Positions 51,392 through 61,058 of a stretch of 64,000 nt of DNA are shown piece after piece. Below the pieces are notes generated by a model. It did no database searches, was not told the DNA's origin, and worked only from the letters and a program-made list of their open reading frames with translations. This DNA is from an uncultured Puniceicoccaceae bacterium. GTDB taxonomy: Bacteria > Verrucomicrobiota > Verrucomicrobiia > Opitutales > Oceanipulchritudinaceae. Made by a program: the position numbers and the translations under genes. Numbering within the stretch: position 1 is the stretch's first letter; each line of letters opens with the position of its first letter. Where the stretch lies: NCBI GenBank assembly GCA_963933835.1, contig CAWVVV010000002.1, positions 352,001 to 416,000 of the forward strand. Direction: 5' to 3'.

Positions 51392-53454
51392 ATGCACCTC
51401 ACTGCCTCGCGGTTTATCCGATCGATTTCGACCTCTACTGTTTGCCTCTGCGTAACGGTCCTTTCATCATGGGGAGTAGATGCGGAACCGAACCCAGAAG
51501 TGGTGTCTATGACCCCATTTATGGTGAATGCTACAAGGATGGAAGTGGCGATCGATTCGATTCCTGCTGCGGTGAGTTTTATCGACCTTGAAACGGTGCA
51601 GCAGGGGACTCAGCAATTGGGACTGGATGAAGCGCTTAAAATGGTGCCAGGAGTCTTTATCCAAAATCAGTACAACTTCGCTCAGGATAACCGGATTTCG
51701 ATTCGTGGGTTCGGTGCACGGGCGAATTTTGGTATTCGGGGCATTCGCTTGATGATCGATGGTATTCCCGCAACGACGCCGGATGGACAAGGCAGCGTGG
51801 ATCGAATCGCACTCGGGTCGGTTCAAAGTATCGATGTGTTAAGAGGGCCTGCTGGGGCCTTTTATGGAGCTGCTTCCGGTGGAGTAATTCTGATCAAAAC
51901 GGAAGAAGGCAGATCGCCTCCTTTTTTGGAAACACGTTTGGCAGTAGGCGCGGATGATTTTTTTGAAACTCAGGTTAAAGCGGGTGGGGTCTCGGGTAAG
52001 TTGAATTATTTTTGGGGCTGAAGTAGCTAAGGACACCAAAAACTGTCCTAATCTACTGAAATGTATGTAAGAAGAAGCCGTCTGAGTTCACACAATCAAC
52101 CCTGAGACTGATCGTAAATGTAATCGATATACCGATACAGGACGACCCCGGATCTCTCACTCTCGCGGAGGCCACAGCCAACCCGAGACAAGCGAGGCAG
52201 CGTAATCTGGACTTCGACGGTGGTGAAAGGGTTCAGCAAGAGACCTTTGGTCTGACCTACGAGCGGGAGTGGAATGAAGTGCATTCGCTCAGTGTCTCGA
52301 GCTACCATGTGCACCGGGATTTCGCGAACAAGCTACCCTTCGAGTCCGGTGGCCAAGTATCATTTGAGAGAGCCTTTTGGGGCGGAGGGGTCCAATACAA
52401 TTATAAGAACGAGGAATCTCGTTTGAGCGTGGGCTTAGACTACGATCGTCAGGACGACGACCGTCGCAATTTCGACAACCTTCTCGGGGTGCGTGGACCG
52501 ATCGTTTTGGATCAGAATGAACTCGTTACGAGCGTCGGCCTATTCAGCATCTATGACTACGCTTTGACGGAGAATCTGACCATAGCTGCAGCACTGCGTT
52601 ATGATCTAGTGAAGTTTGCTGTGAGCGATCATTTGCTGAGCGATGGCGATGATTCTGGGGAATTGGAATTTGAAGAATTTAGTCCCATGGCAGGATTAAT
52701 CTGGGCGATCGATCCGGCCATAAGCCTCTTCGCAAATGTCTCGACCTCCTTCGAAACGCCGCCGACGACGGAGCTCGATAATCCTAATGGCGGCGGTTTC
52801 AATTCGGATTTGGACGCACAGAAAGCACAAAGCTTTGAGGTAGGAGCAAAGGGGCTTCTCAGCATCGCTGGGCGACCTTTAAACTATGAGCTCACCGCCT
52901 TTCATCTCGATATTGAAGACGCCTTAGTGTCCTACGAGTTGGCGGCCTTCCCAGATCGTGAATTCTTTCGCAATGCGGGTAGCAGTCAGCGCCGTGGTGT
53001 AGAGACGGCTGTGAGGATGGAATTGTTCCCAGGACTGACCGCCTCGGCGATGTACACCTGGTCGGATTTCAGCTACGAGCAATTTGTCACCGACAGCGCG
53101 GACTATTCGGGGAATACCACTCCGGGGATTCCGGAGCACTTTGGTAGTGTTCAACTGAAGTATGAACATAAGTCAGGCTTCTACGTGCGTTGGACAACTC
53201 AGTGGGTCGACTCGATCTACGCCAACGAGAGTAACGCTACCGAAATAGATTCATACACGGTATCCGACTTGAGATTTGGATTGGAAAAAGATTTCGGAAA
53301 CTGGCGTTTGGCTCCTTTTGTCGGCATAAATAATCTCTTCAACGAGACTTACTTTTCCAATATTCGAATAAATGCATTTGGTTCTCGATTCTACGAGCCA
53401 GCGCCTGAGCGCTATGTCTACGGAGGAATTCGTATCCTCTACTCATTCGATTGA
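51392..53454 (+). pseudogene. TonB-dependent receptor interrupted at about 52014-52095
   Basis: Plug motifs (ISIRGFG, IDGIP, IDVLRGP, YGAASGGVI) in 51392-52021; barrel resumes in another frame (DDPGSLT...NPRQA) and ends NNLFNETY...YEPAPER...YSFD. Confidence 0.85.
52014..52095 (+). mobile_element. Left-end remnant of an IS1595-family (IS1016-like) insertion sequence
   Basis: GGGGCTGAAGTAG terminus, internal inverted repeat AGTAGCTAAGGACA / TGTCCTAATCTACT, ATG at 52061 reading MYVRRSRLSS, like the recalled IS1016 transposase start MRKSRLS. Confidence 0.65.
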
Positions 53455-53523
53455 TTTCGGGACGAGCTTCGGCAGCCGGTAATCGTTGCCGAGCTTGCAC
53501 TATAGAATGTTATCAGCAGAGTT

Positions 53524-53904
53524 GTGAGTGTGAACGAAGTCATCACTAAATTGCCCGAAGGCGTGCGCGAAGGGAATGAAAAGCTCGTTCTCCTGACCTC
53601 GGCCGCGGGCTCAAAAGTCGCCACCCTGCTCGATCGCGAGGGTGCGGGTAATTACCTGCGGGTTAAAATCAATGGCGGCGGATGCAATGGACTTTCCTAC
53701 AAACTCAAGTTTGTTGAGGGCTCCAAAAAGGGTGATATCCTCGTGCGCAGCCAAGGCGTCGAAGTGCTCGTCGACCCCCGGAGTGCGCTCTACCTGCGCG
53801 GCACTCATCTCGACTATTCTGATGCGCTTGTATCGGGCGGCTTTAAATTCTCCAATCCGAATGCGCGGTCGAGCTGTTCGTGTGGGGAAAGCTTCTCTGT
53901 TTGA
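53524..53904 (+). CDS. A-type Fe-S cluster carrier (HesB/IscA/ErpA family)
   Basis: GGGCNGLSY, GFKFSNPNARSSCSCGESF. Confidence 0.93.
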   Translation: MSVNEVITKLPEGVREGNEKLVLLTSAAGSKVATLLDREGAGNYLRVKINGGGCNGLSYKLKFVEGSKKGDILVRSQGVEVLVDPRSALYLRGTHLDYSDALVSGGFKFSNPNARSSCSCGESFSV

Positions 53905-54055
53905 GGGCAAAAAATTCTTTGCCAAATGGGGCACATTCACGGTTGTCAAGGCACTCGGCTTGTCCCATTTTACTCAGCTTTTAATGGGATCTCGCTTCAA
54001 TGATGCTTCTGCATCGCCTGAGTATTCTCACTTTTAAGGTCTCCTAAACTCATAC

Positions 54056-54727
54056 ATGGCATATCCATCTGGTCCGAGAGGACGCCGCGGCCGCATGCCG
54101 CGTGGCCCTCGCAAGAATGATCGCATCCGAGCTCGCGAAGTGCGGCTCATCAGCCCTGAAGGCAAACAAATCGGTGTAGTTGAACGCGACGAAGCGTTGA
54201 AACTGGCGAAAGATGTTGGGCTCGACTTGATCGAAATATCGGGGAGCGCCCGCCCGCCTGTCTGCCGTATTCTCGATTACGGTAAATACATGTATGAGCT
54301 CTCCAAAAAGCAGAAGGAGAGTAAGTCGAAGAAGTCGATCACGACGAAGCTGAAGGAAGTGAAATTCCGCGTTCGGATCGAAGAACACGACTACCTCGTG
54401 AAGATTCGCCGTGCGGAAGTCTTTCTCTACAAGGGGGCAAAGGTGAAACTTTCCCTCATGTATCGTGGTCGCGAGAACGAGCACAAGGAGCTCGGTATCG
54501 AAGTGCTCAAGAAAGCTGCCAAAGATCTTGAATTGATGGCGGTGCTCGATAGCTATCCACGGATTTCAGGGCGTCATGCTAGCGCTGTCGTTTCACCTCT
54601 CCCTATTCAGCAACGCCGTCTAAAGTTCAACACCAAGATGGCTGCTGAACAAGAACAGCCGGACGAGCCGGACGAGCCGGAGCTCGATGGGGATGAGGAA
54701 GAAGAAGGCGTAGAAGACGAGTCCTAG
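54056..54727 (+). CDS. infC: Translation initiation factor IF-3
   Basis: [34 protein letters not shown]. Confidence 0.96.
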   Translation: MAYPSGPRGRRGRMPRGPRKNDRIRAREVRLISPEGKQIGVVERDEALKLAKDVGLDLIEISGSARPPVCRILDYGKYMYELSKKQKESKSKKSITTKLKEVKFRVRIEEHDYLVKIRRAEVFLYKGAKVKLSLMYRGRENEHKELGIEVLKKAAKDLELMAVLDSYPRISGRHASAVVSPLPIQQRRLKFNTKMAAEQEQPDEPDEPELDGDEEEEGVEDES

Positions 54728-54756
54728 GTCGGACTGCGTCGCCTAGACCCCTACCA

Positions 54757-55149
54757 ATGTCGATGCGACCGACGGATCTCCTGCTTGTAGCAATCGGGGG
54801 AATGGTTGGCGCACTTGCTCGGGTCCTAGCCGAGCAGATGTTTGCTCCGCTTGCAGATGGCTTGGGGCTTTTCGCTGCGAATGTTTCAGGTGCACTGGCA
54901 CTTGCCTCGATTGCTGTTCTCAGCGATCGCATCGCTCCCAGAGTGCGTGTTTTTCTAGGGACTGGTTTCTGCGGATCATTCACGAGTGTTTCGGCACTGA
55001 ATGCGCTTGTTGCGCTTGAGACGCAGGGTGGGAGTGCTTTTTCCGGGGGGATGTATTTTGCCCTATCGATCGCCTTCGCGCTGCCGCTGGTCTATTGGGT
55101 CTTGGGTTGGAAGTCGCGAGATGAAGTCGAGGGAGGGCGCTCACAGTGA
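54757..55149 (+). CDS. crcB: Fluoride channel Fluc/CrcB, subunit 1
   Basis: GGMVGALAR, ANVSG, TGFCGSFTSVS. Confidence 0.8.
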   Translation: MSMRPTDLLLVAIGGMVGALARVLAEQMFAPLADGLGLFAANVSGALALASIAVLSDRIAPRVRVFLGTGFCGSFTSVSALNALVALETQGGSAFSGGMYFALSIAFALPLVYWVLGWKSRDEVEGGRSQ

Positions 55150-55502
55150 GTCTGAGCCTTGAAGTCGTCCTTGCCATCGCACTGGGTGGCTCCGCCGGAG
55201 CGCTCCTTCGTTTTTGGATGACGCATCTGGGTAATGGTCGTGCGCCGTGGGGTACGCTAACCGTCAATCTACTTGGATCAGCTGCCCTTGGCATTTTGCT
55301 CAACGTTCAGGGAACGCTTCCGCAGTGGCTTTGGATTGGGCTGGCAGCAGGTGTCTGCGGGGCCCTAACCACATTCTCGACCTGTATGGTCGAAGCGGCG
55401 GAGTGGATGCGAGCGGGTCTCTTTGGGCGAGCGATTGCTTATCTCTTGGCTACCTTTGGAGGTGGAATAGGACTGATCCTGCTTGCTCTTAAGATGGGCT
55501 AG
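55146..55502 (+). CDS. crcB: Fluoride channel Fluc/CrcB, subunit 2
   Basis: GGSAGALLR, PWGTLTVNLLGS, GVCGALTTFST. Confidence 0.88.
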   Translation: MSLSLEVVLAIALGGSAGALLRFWMTHLGNGRAPWGTLTVNLLGSAALGILLNVQGTLPQWLWIGLAAGVCGALTTFSTCMVEAAEWMRAGLFGRAIAYLLATFGGGIGLILLALKMG

Positions 55503-55512
55503 TAACTTGGTA

Positions 55513-57301
55513 ATGGGTAAAATGTTAAGCGTGAATCGACTTCTTCAAGTATGGATATGTCTAGTCTTCGGTCTGCTGACGCTCGAAGCGCAGGCCGCAC
55601 ACCCCTTGGCAGATCGAGTTGTTGTTGTCGCAAATGCGGATGACCCTGATTCGGTTGAAATTGCGCGGGCTTATCAGAATTTTCGGGGTATTCCCGAGGG
55701 AAACGTCATCCTCTTATCGCTTCCGCTAGCACCACAAATCAGCCGAGTGGTCCTAACTGAAAGGTTGGTTAACCCCCTCCGCGCTGCGTTGATGGAGCGC
55801 GGTCTTGTCACCGGCGAATACCTCGGATCAAACGATGTTCACGGCCGTGAAGAAATCGAATGGAAAGAAATGCCCATTCGTTACCTCGTGCTCTGCCGTG
55901 GAGTTCCTTTGAAGGTCAATAAGGGGTCCAAAGACATCGATAGACCGCTCCTCGATGCTTACGTAAAACGCACTGCAGGTATTTCAGCAATGCCGGGTCC
56001 GTATAGTCGAACTAATGGCTCCGTCGATGGTGAGCTGGCGCTACTCGCCCATAACAATCAACCCGCCACTGGGATCATTATCAACCCGATCATGGGTAAA
56101 CTTCCGATCGATGAATCGGAGCAGATACTACGGGTCACTCGACTCGATGGTCCGACCAAGGAAGACGTCCTGAACATGCTCGAGGGCGTGCGCACGGTTG
56201 AGGCAGAAGGACTGCGTGGGCGTGCCTATTTTGATCTGAGAAATCGGAAGAAGGGCGATGCCTACCGTATTGGAGACGACTGGATTCGCGGTGCATCTGA
56301 AGCGGTTGGGCAAGTCCACTTTGATACAACGGTTGATAATCTGCCCAAGATTTTCGAGCTCCACGATCGTATGGACATGCCTGCAATCTATGCGGGCTGG
56401 TACACTGGTATCGTTGAAGGTCCCTTTCTGGCCCCCTGGCTTTCGCTTCGCTCCAGGGGCGATTGCGATGCACCTGCATAGCTCGAGTGCGGCCCGCCCA
56501 CACCTCAGTCAGCATCACTGGGTGGGCCCACTCATTGCACGAGGGGCGTCGGCGACAGTGGGGAATGTCTACGAGCCCTACCTGACCGCGACGCACCATT
56601 TCGATATTATCTTCAAAGCCCTCCTCATCGGTTATAATTTTGGCGATGCGACGCATGTTGCTCTTCCCTATTTGAGTTGGCAGGCGGCTGCTTTTGGCGA
56701 CCCGCTTTATCAGCCCTTTAAGGTGAGCCATGACGTCATGCTCAAGGCTGCTAAGCAGCATTACGATCCTGCCCATGATGAAGCAGTCATCCTTCGCGAG
56801 GTGAATCGTCTTGAGAGTGGCGGCTTCAAGTTCAGCGCGATGGACATGCTTGAAAAAGTATTCGCCCAGCATCCGTCACCCGCTCTCTCGCTGGCGCTCT
56901 CAGAACGGTTGGCCGCTGATGGGTCCGAAGCGAAAGCGCGTGCTGCGCTCCGCCGATTTGCACAGCCCCGAAGAGTTGAACCGCAACAGTGGGCCGTTTA
57001 CCGTGAGATCGCAGCTAAGCTGATTGAACTCGATCAACCAATTTCAGCCGTCGAGATCTACCGTTCGATCCTCGATGATGGGCGCCTGAACCGCAGCTAC
57101 CGCAAAGTCGTTTTAAAGGAGGCCCTGAATCCACGGGTTGGGCCAACGCCGGAAGAACGCACTGCTTGGCGTGAGACCCTCGATGGCATTATCGAGCAAG
57201 AGCGCATCGAAAAAGAGCGTGCCGCTGCAGCGAAAGCTGAGCGTGAAGCTGCGAAAGCAAAAGAGGAAGCGGCCAAGAAGGCAGCTTCCTCTGAAAAATA
57301 G
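55513..57301 (+). pseudogene. TIGR03790-like exported protein split by a single-base frameshift (real lesion or sequencing error)
   Basis: VVVVANADD, YLVLCRGVP, SVDGELA, RLDGP, YAGWY in the first ORF; PGAIAMHLHS, GNVYEPYL, GDPLYQPF in the second; one extra C in the C5 run at 56432-56436. Confidence 0.8.
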
Positions 57302-57324
57302 CAGAGCCTTCGCTCGGAGGTGAA

Positions 57325-57948
57325 CTAGATCACGTCTTCGACAATCGAGTCGGCAAGACCGTATTCGATGCACTCTTCAGCATTCAGGTAAAAGTCGCGG
57401 TCGGTGTCGGCGCGGATCTTTTCGATGGGCTGGCCCGAGGCGTCGGCGAGAACCTTATTCAGCTCTTCGCGATGCTTCTCCATCTCTTGCGCCTGAATGT
57501 GAATATCCACGGCCGCGCCGCGCATCGTTCCCATGATCAAGGGTTGGTGAATGAGAACGCGGGCATGCGGATAGAGGAAGCGTCGGCCTTTCGTGCCTCC
57601 GGAGAGAAAGATCGAACCCATGCTTGCAGCAAGACCGACGACGACGATCCGGATCGGACTCGTGATGAGCTTCATCGTATCGTAAACCGCCATACCTGCA
57701 GTGATCGATCCACCAGGGCTGTTCAGATATATCGTGATCTCTTTGCCGGGGTCGATCGCCTCAAGGTAGAGGAGCTCTTCGGTCGCTTGACGACAGCGCT
57801 TGTCATCGACTTCGCCCCAGAAAAAGAGCTTCCGCTCATCCAAGAACTTGCGTCGCATCAGCTCACCCAGAGGCGGCTTCTTGCTTTCAGCAGATTCGTT
57901 TGGGGTCTTCTCTTCTTCGTCTTCAAAACGGGTGGAATTTTGCCACAT
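57325..57948 (-). CDS. clpP: ATP-dependent Clp protease proteolytic subunit
   Basis: YLNSPGG, AASMG, IHQP, DRDFY, YGLAD. Confidence 0.96.
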   Translation of the reverse strand: MWQNSTRFEDEEEKTPNESAESKKPPLGELMRRKFLDERKLFFWGEVDDKRCRQATEELLYLEAIDPGKEITIYLNSPGGSITAGMAVYDTMKLITSPIRIVVVGLAASMGSIFLSGGTKGRRFLYPHARVLIHQPLIMGTMRGAAVDIHIQAQEMEKHREELNKVLADASGQPIEKIRADTDRDFYLNAEECIEYGLADSIVEDVI

Positions 57949-58019
57949 TTTCCGAAAGAAGAGCCTTTCTCTCAGGCTGGCAAGTCACGAGCTAAGCTTC
58001 TTGCTCTTGAAGACGCTTT

Positions 58020-59657
58020 TTACCCGACGTATTTCTGCACAATCGGGATGCGTCGGCCGACGCCAAAGGCGAGGGGCGTGATCTTGAGACCGGGTGCAGC
58101 TTGTTTGCGTTTGTATTCGTTGAGGTCAACTTTTCGCACGATCTCATTCACGATCTCGCGGTCATAGCCTTGCTCGGCAATTTCGGCGCGCGATTTCCCT
58201 TCTTCGACATAAAGCTGAAGAATGCCATCGAGGATGTCGTAGGGTGGAAGCGAGTCTTCGTCCTTTTGGTCGGGACGCAGTTCAGCTGAAGGAGGCTTCG
58301 TTATCGTGTTCGATGGGATGATTTCGCGGTCGCGATTGATCCATCGGCAAAGCTTAAAGACTTCAGTCTTCGCTAAGTCGGAAATGACTGCGAGTCCACC
58401 GGCCATGTCGCCGTAAAGGGTGCAGTAGCCGACCGCGATTTCACTCTTGTTTCCGGTCGTAAGAAGGAGGGCGCCAAATTTATTCGAAAGGGCCATGAGG
58501 AGGAGGCCGCGAGAGCGTGCTTGAACATTTTCCTCCGTAACGTCTGCAGTGGCGTCAACAAAGAGCGGAGCGAGAGCGGAATTGGCTGCCTCGACGAGCT
58601 CAGCGATCTCAACGGTGTGATAGGCGATCCCGAGGTTGGCCGCGAGGACACATGCATCATCACGACTGTGTTGACTGGAGATTTCGGAGGGGAGGCTCAC
58701 GCCTACGACGTTTTCCGATCCGAGCGCCTCGACGGCGATGGCGGCGGTGAGGGCACTATCGATTCCGCCCGAAAGGCCGATGATTGCTTTGTGGAAACCG
58801 CTCTTTCTGACGTAGTCGCGTAAACCAAGGCTCAGCGCTTCGTAGATGTCGGCGCTTTCTTCCTGCTCAAAGTGTGGGTCAATCGATGGCGTGCCCTTGA
58901 GCTCGACCACTTGCACGGCTTCAGTGAATGGACGTAGTCCAGACTGAAGTTTGCCGTCAGCGCCCACGATCATGGAGTGGCCATCGAAAACTAGCTCGTC
59001 GTTGCCACCTACTGCATTGACGTAGACGACGGGCGCATTGACCCGCTTGGCAGCCTTAGAGACGATTACCTCGCGGGTTGAATCTTTGCCCGTATGCCAT
59101 GGGCTGGCTGACAGGTTGATGAGAAGGTCTAGCTCTGCTTTTTCGAGCTCCAACAAAGGATCACGATTGTAGTGGCGACTCGTTTCGACGATCGCTCCGG
59201 TCCAGATGTCTTCACAGATTGTGAGGCCAATCTTTTTACCCTTCCACTCGACGATCGTCGCTTTTTCGGCGGCGGTAAAGTAGCGGTCCTCGTCGAAGAC
59301 ATCGTAGGTCGGGAGGAGTGATTTATGCGCGCGATGTAAGACCTTGCCCCCTTCGCACCAAGCGGCGGAATTAAAGAATGGTCGGCCCTGTTCGGCCGGG
59401 TTCTTCGTGATCACGCCGATGACCGCTGGCACATCGCCGACGGCTTCTGCGAACGCTTTGAGTACGTCAGCTGTATCTGCTGCGAATCGGCTCTTGAAGA
59501 GCAAGTCTCGCGGCGGATAACCTGTTAGAACAAGCTCAGGAAAGACAACGATGTCTGCCCCGTCTTTGACGAGTTTAGAGTAGGTTTTAAGGCACTTGTC
59601 GAGGTTCCCTCGCAAGTCTCCAACGGTAGTGTTCAGCTGAGCTAGCCCAACTTTCAC
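58020..59657 (-). CDS. nadE: Glutamine-dependent NAD+ synthetase
   Basis: Nitrilase domain (FPEL, ICEDIW) plus [27 protein letters not shown]. Confidence 0.97.
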   Translation of the reverse strand: MKVGLAQLNTTVGDLRGNLDKCLKTYSKLVKDGADIVVFPELVLTGYPPRDLLFKSRFAADTADVLKAFAEAVGDVPAVIGVITKNPAEQGRPFFNSAAWCEGGKVLHRAHKSLLPTYDVFDEDRYFTAAEKATIVEWKGKKIGLTICEDIWTGAIVETSRHYNRDPLLELEKAELDLLINLSASPWHTGKDSTREVIVSKAAKRVNAPVVYVNAVGGNDELVFDGHSMIVGADGKLQSGLRPFTEAVQVVELKGTPSIDPHFEQEESADIYEALSLGLRDYVRKSGFHKAIIGLSGGIDSALTAAIAVEALGSENVVGVSLPSEISSQHSRDDACVLAANLGIAYHTVEIAELVEAANSALAPLFVDATADVTEENVQARSRGLLLMALSNKFGALLLTTGNKSEIAVGYCTLYGDMAGGLAVISDLAKTEVFKLCRWINRDREIIPSNTITKPPSAELRPDQKDEDSLPPYDILDGILQLYVEEGKSRAEIAEQGYDREIVNEIVRKVDLNEYKRKQAAPGLKITPLAFGVGRRIPIVQKYVG

Positions 59658-60920
59658 TTAGTCGAATTGATGAGGCGGCAGATGCTTAGCAACGCGCTTT
59701 TGCGAGAGCGAGCTGTAGAGCGGAAGTCCGTTTTCGCGAGGGATCGCGACTTCACCTTCGATGAGCGGCGCAGCGTATTTGATAAATTGATACGTCATGC
59801 TGACGCCGTCTTCGGCAATCCAGTTCGTCGGTAAATTCTTCACGCCATTGGCGACCTCTTGAAGGTCAGCTAAGCCCGTTCCACAAGTGTAGCGTTCGTC
59901 TTCGCCACGGACGAGAGTGATCATCTTGTCGGTGATGCCATTGAGCGCAGCCTCGACGGCCTTTTGGCCTACGAGATTAGCTTCATCGCGGTCCGTCATC
60001 GACATGTTAGTTGCGGCGCAACGTTGCGAGTGGCCGAGACTACAGGAGCGGGCCTTTACGCCCGTAACGTGTTGATCGAGGAGGGACTTGAGGTAAGTTC
60101 CGGCGCCGCCAAGTGCGGCGTGGCCAAAGCTGTCCGTCGTATTACCGACTGCAATGTAGTCCCCATTCGCATCCACGAGGCCTTCGCCAACGACGACGAT
60201 GCAATACTTCTGTGTCTTCAGGACCCCTGTTACATCTTCGAGGAATTTGTTCACGTCGAAGCTGACCTCTGGAAGATAAATGAGGTGCGGTGCGTCTGAT
60301 GGGTGGTCCCGTCGCTTAGCAAGGGAGGCGCCTGCGGCGATCCAGCCGGTATTGCGTCCCATTACTTCGAGAATATACACGATGTCATGCTGACCCATTG
60401 AGGCGGCGTCTTGAGCGAGCTCGCGAACGGTCGTGGCGACGTGTTTGATGACGGAGCCGTAGCCGGGCGTGTGGTCAGTGACAACAAGATCGTTATCCAC
60501 TGTTTTTGGAATGCCGATGCAGCGCATTTCCCAGCCGGCATTGCGGGCAAATTCGGAAATCTTGGCAGTTGAGTCCTGGCTATCATTCCCTCCGATGTAG
60601 AAGAAATAGCGAATGTTGTGAGCCTGGAAAACTTCCAAGATGCGTTGGTAGTCCGACTCTTTCTTGAGCTTGAAGCGGCAGGTGCCGAGGGCAGCCGCCG
60701 GTGTGTAGCCCAAGCCACGAATGGCTTGTTGGCTCTCTTCAGCAAGGTCGATGAACTCTTCTTGAAGAATACCTTGGATGCCATTGAAGCCTCCGTAGAT
60801 TTCTTCAATGCATTCGTGATTAAGGGCTTCGCTGATGACGCCTGCGAGGCTCGCATTAATGACCGCTGTAGGGCCACCGCTTTGCGCTACGAGGACGTTT
60901 CCGATGAGTTCTTCTGCCAT
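59658..60920 (-). CDS. 6-phosphofructokinase family enzyme, predicted PPi-dependent
   Basis: QSGGPTAVIN, GGNDS, PKTVDNDL, EVMGR; Asp and Lys at the two donor-specificity positions. Confidence 0.9.
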   Translation of the reverse strand: MAEELIGNVLVAQSGGPTAVINASLAGVISEALNHECIEEIYGGFNGIQGILQEEFIDLAEESQQAIRGLGYTPAAALGTCRFKLKKESDYQRILEVFQAHNIRYFFYIGGNDSQDSTAKISEFARNAGWEMRCIGIPKTVDNDLVVTDHTPGYGSVIKHVATTVRELAQDAASMGQHDIVYILEVMGRNTGWIAAGASLAKRRDHPSDAPHLIYLPEVSFDVNKFLEDVTGVLKTQKYCIVVVGEGLVDANGDYIAVGNTTDSFGHAALGGAGTYLKSLLDQHVTGVKARSCSLGHSQRCAATNMSMTDRDEANLVGQKAVEAALNGITDKMITLVRGEDERYTCGTGLADLQEVANGVKNLPTNWIAEDGVSMTYQFIKYAAPLIEGEVAIPRENGLPLYSSLSQKRVAKHLPPHQFD

Positions 60921-61058
60921 GGAGTGTAGTAAAGTTCGATTTTGTGAAACGGCGGAAACTTGGTGCTTTCCGATGGGTTGGCAAATTCTTTCGGGGCTTG
61001 AATGAACCCTTTTCTCGGGGAGGGCACAGTTCGCTGATAAATCACCGTTTTTTGGGCC

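Noticed and set aside
54680..54756. Fluoride riboswitch before crcB (GATGGGG ... GACCCCTAC)
   Set aside because: The 5' part lies inside infC coding sequence, P1 is only about 3 bp, and the conserved (U/C)RAUGAC context is missing.
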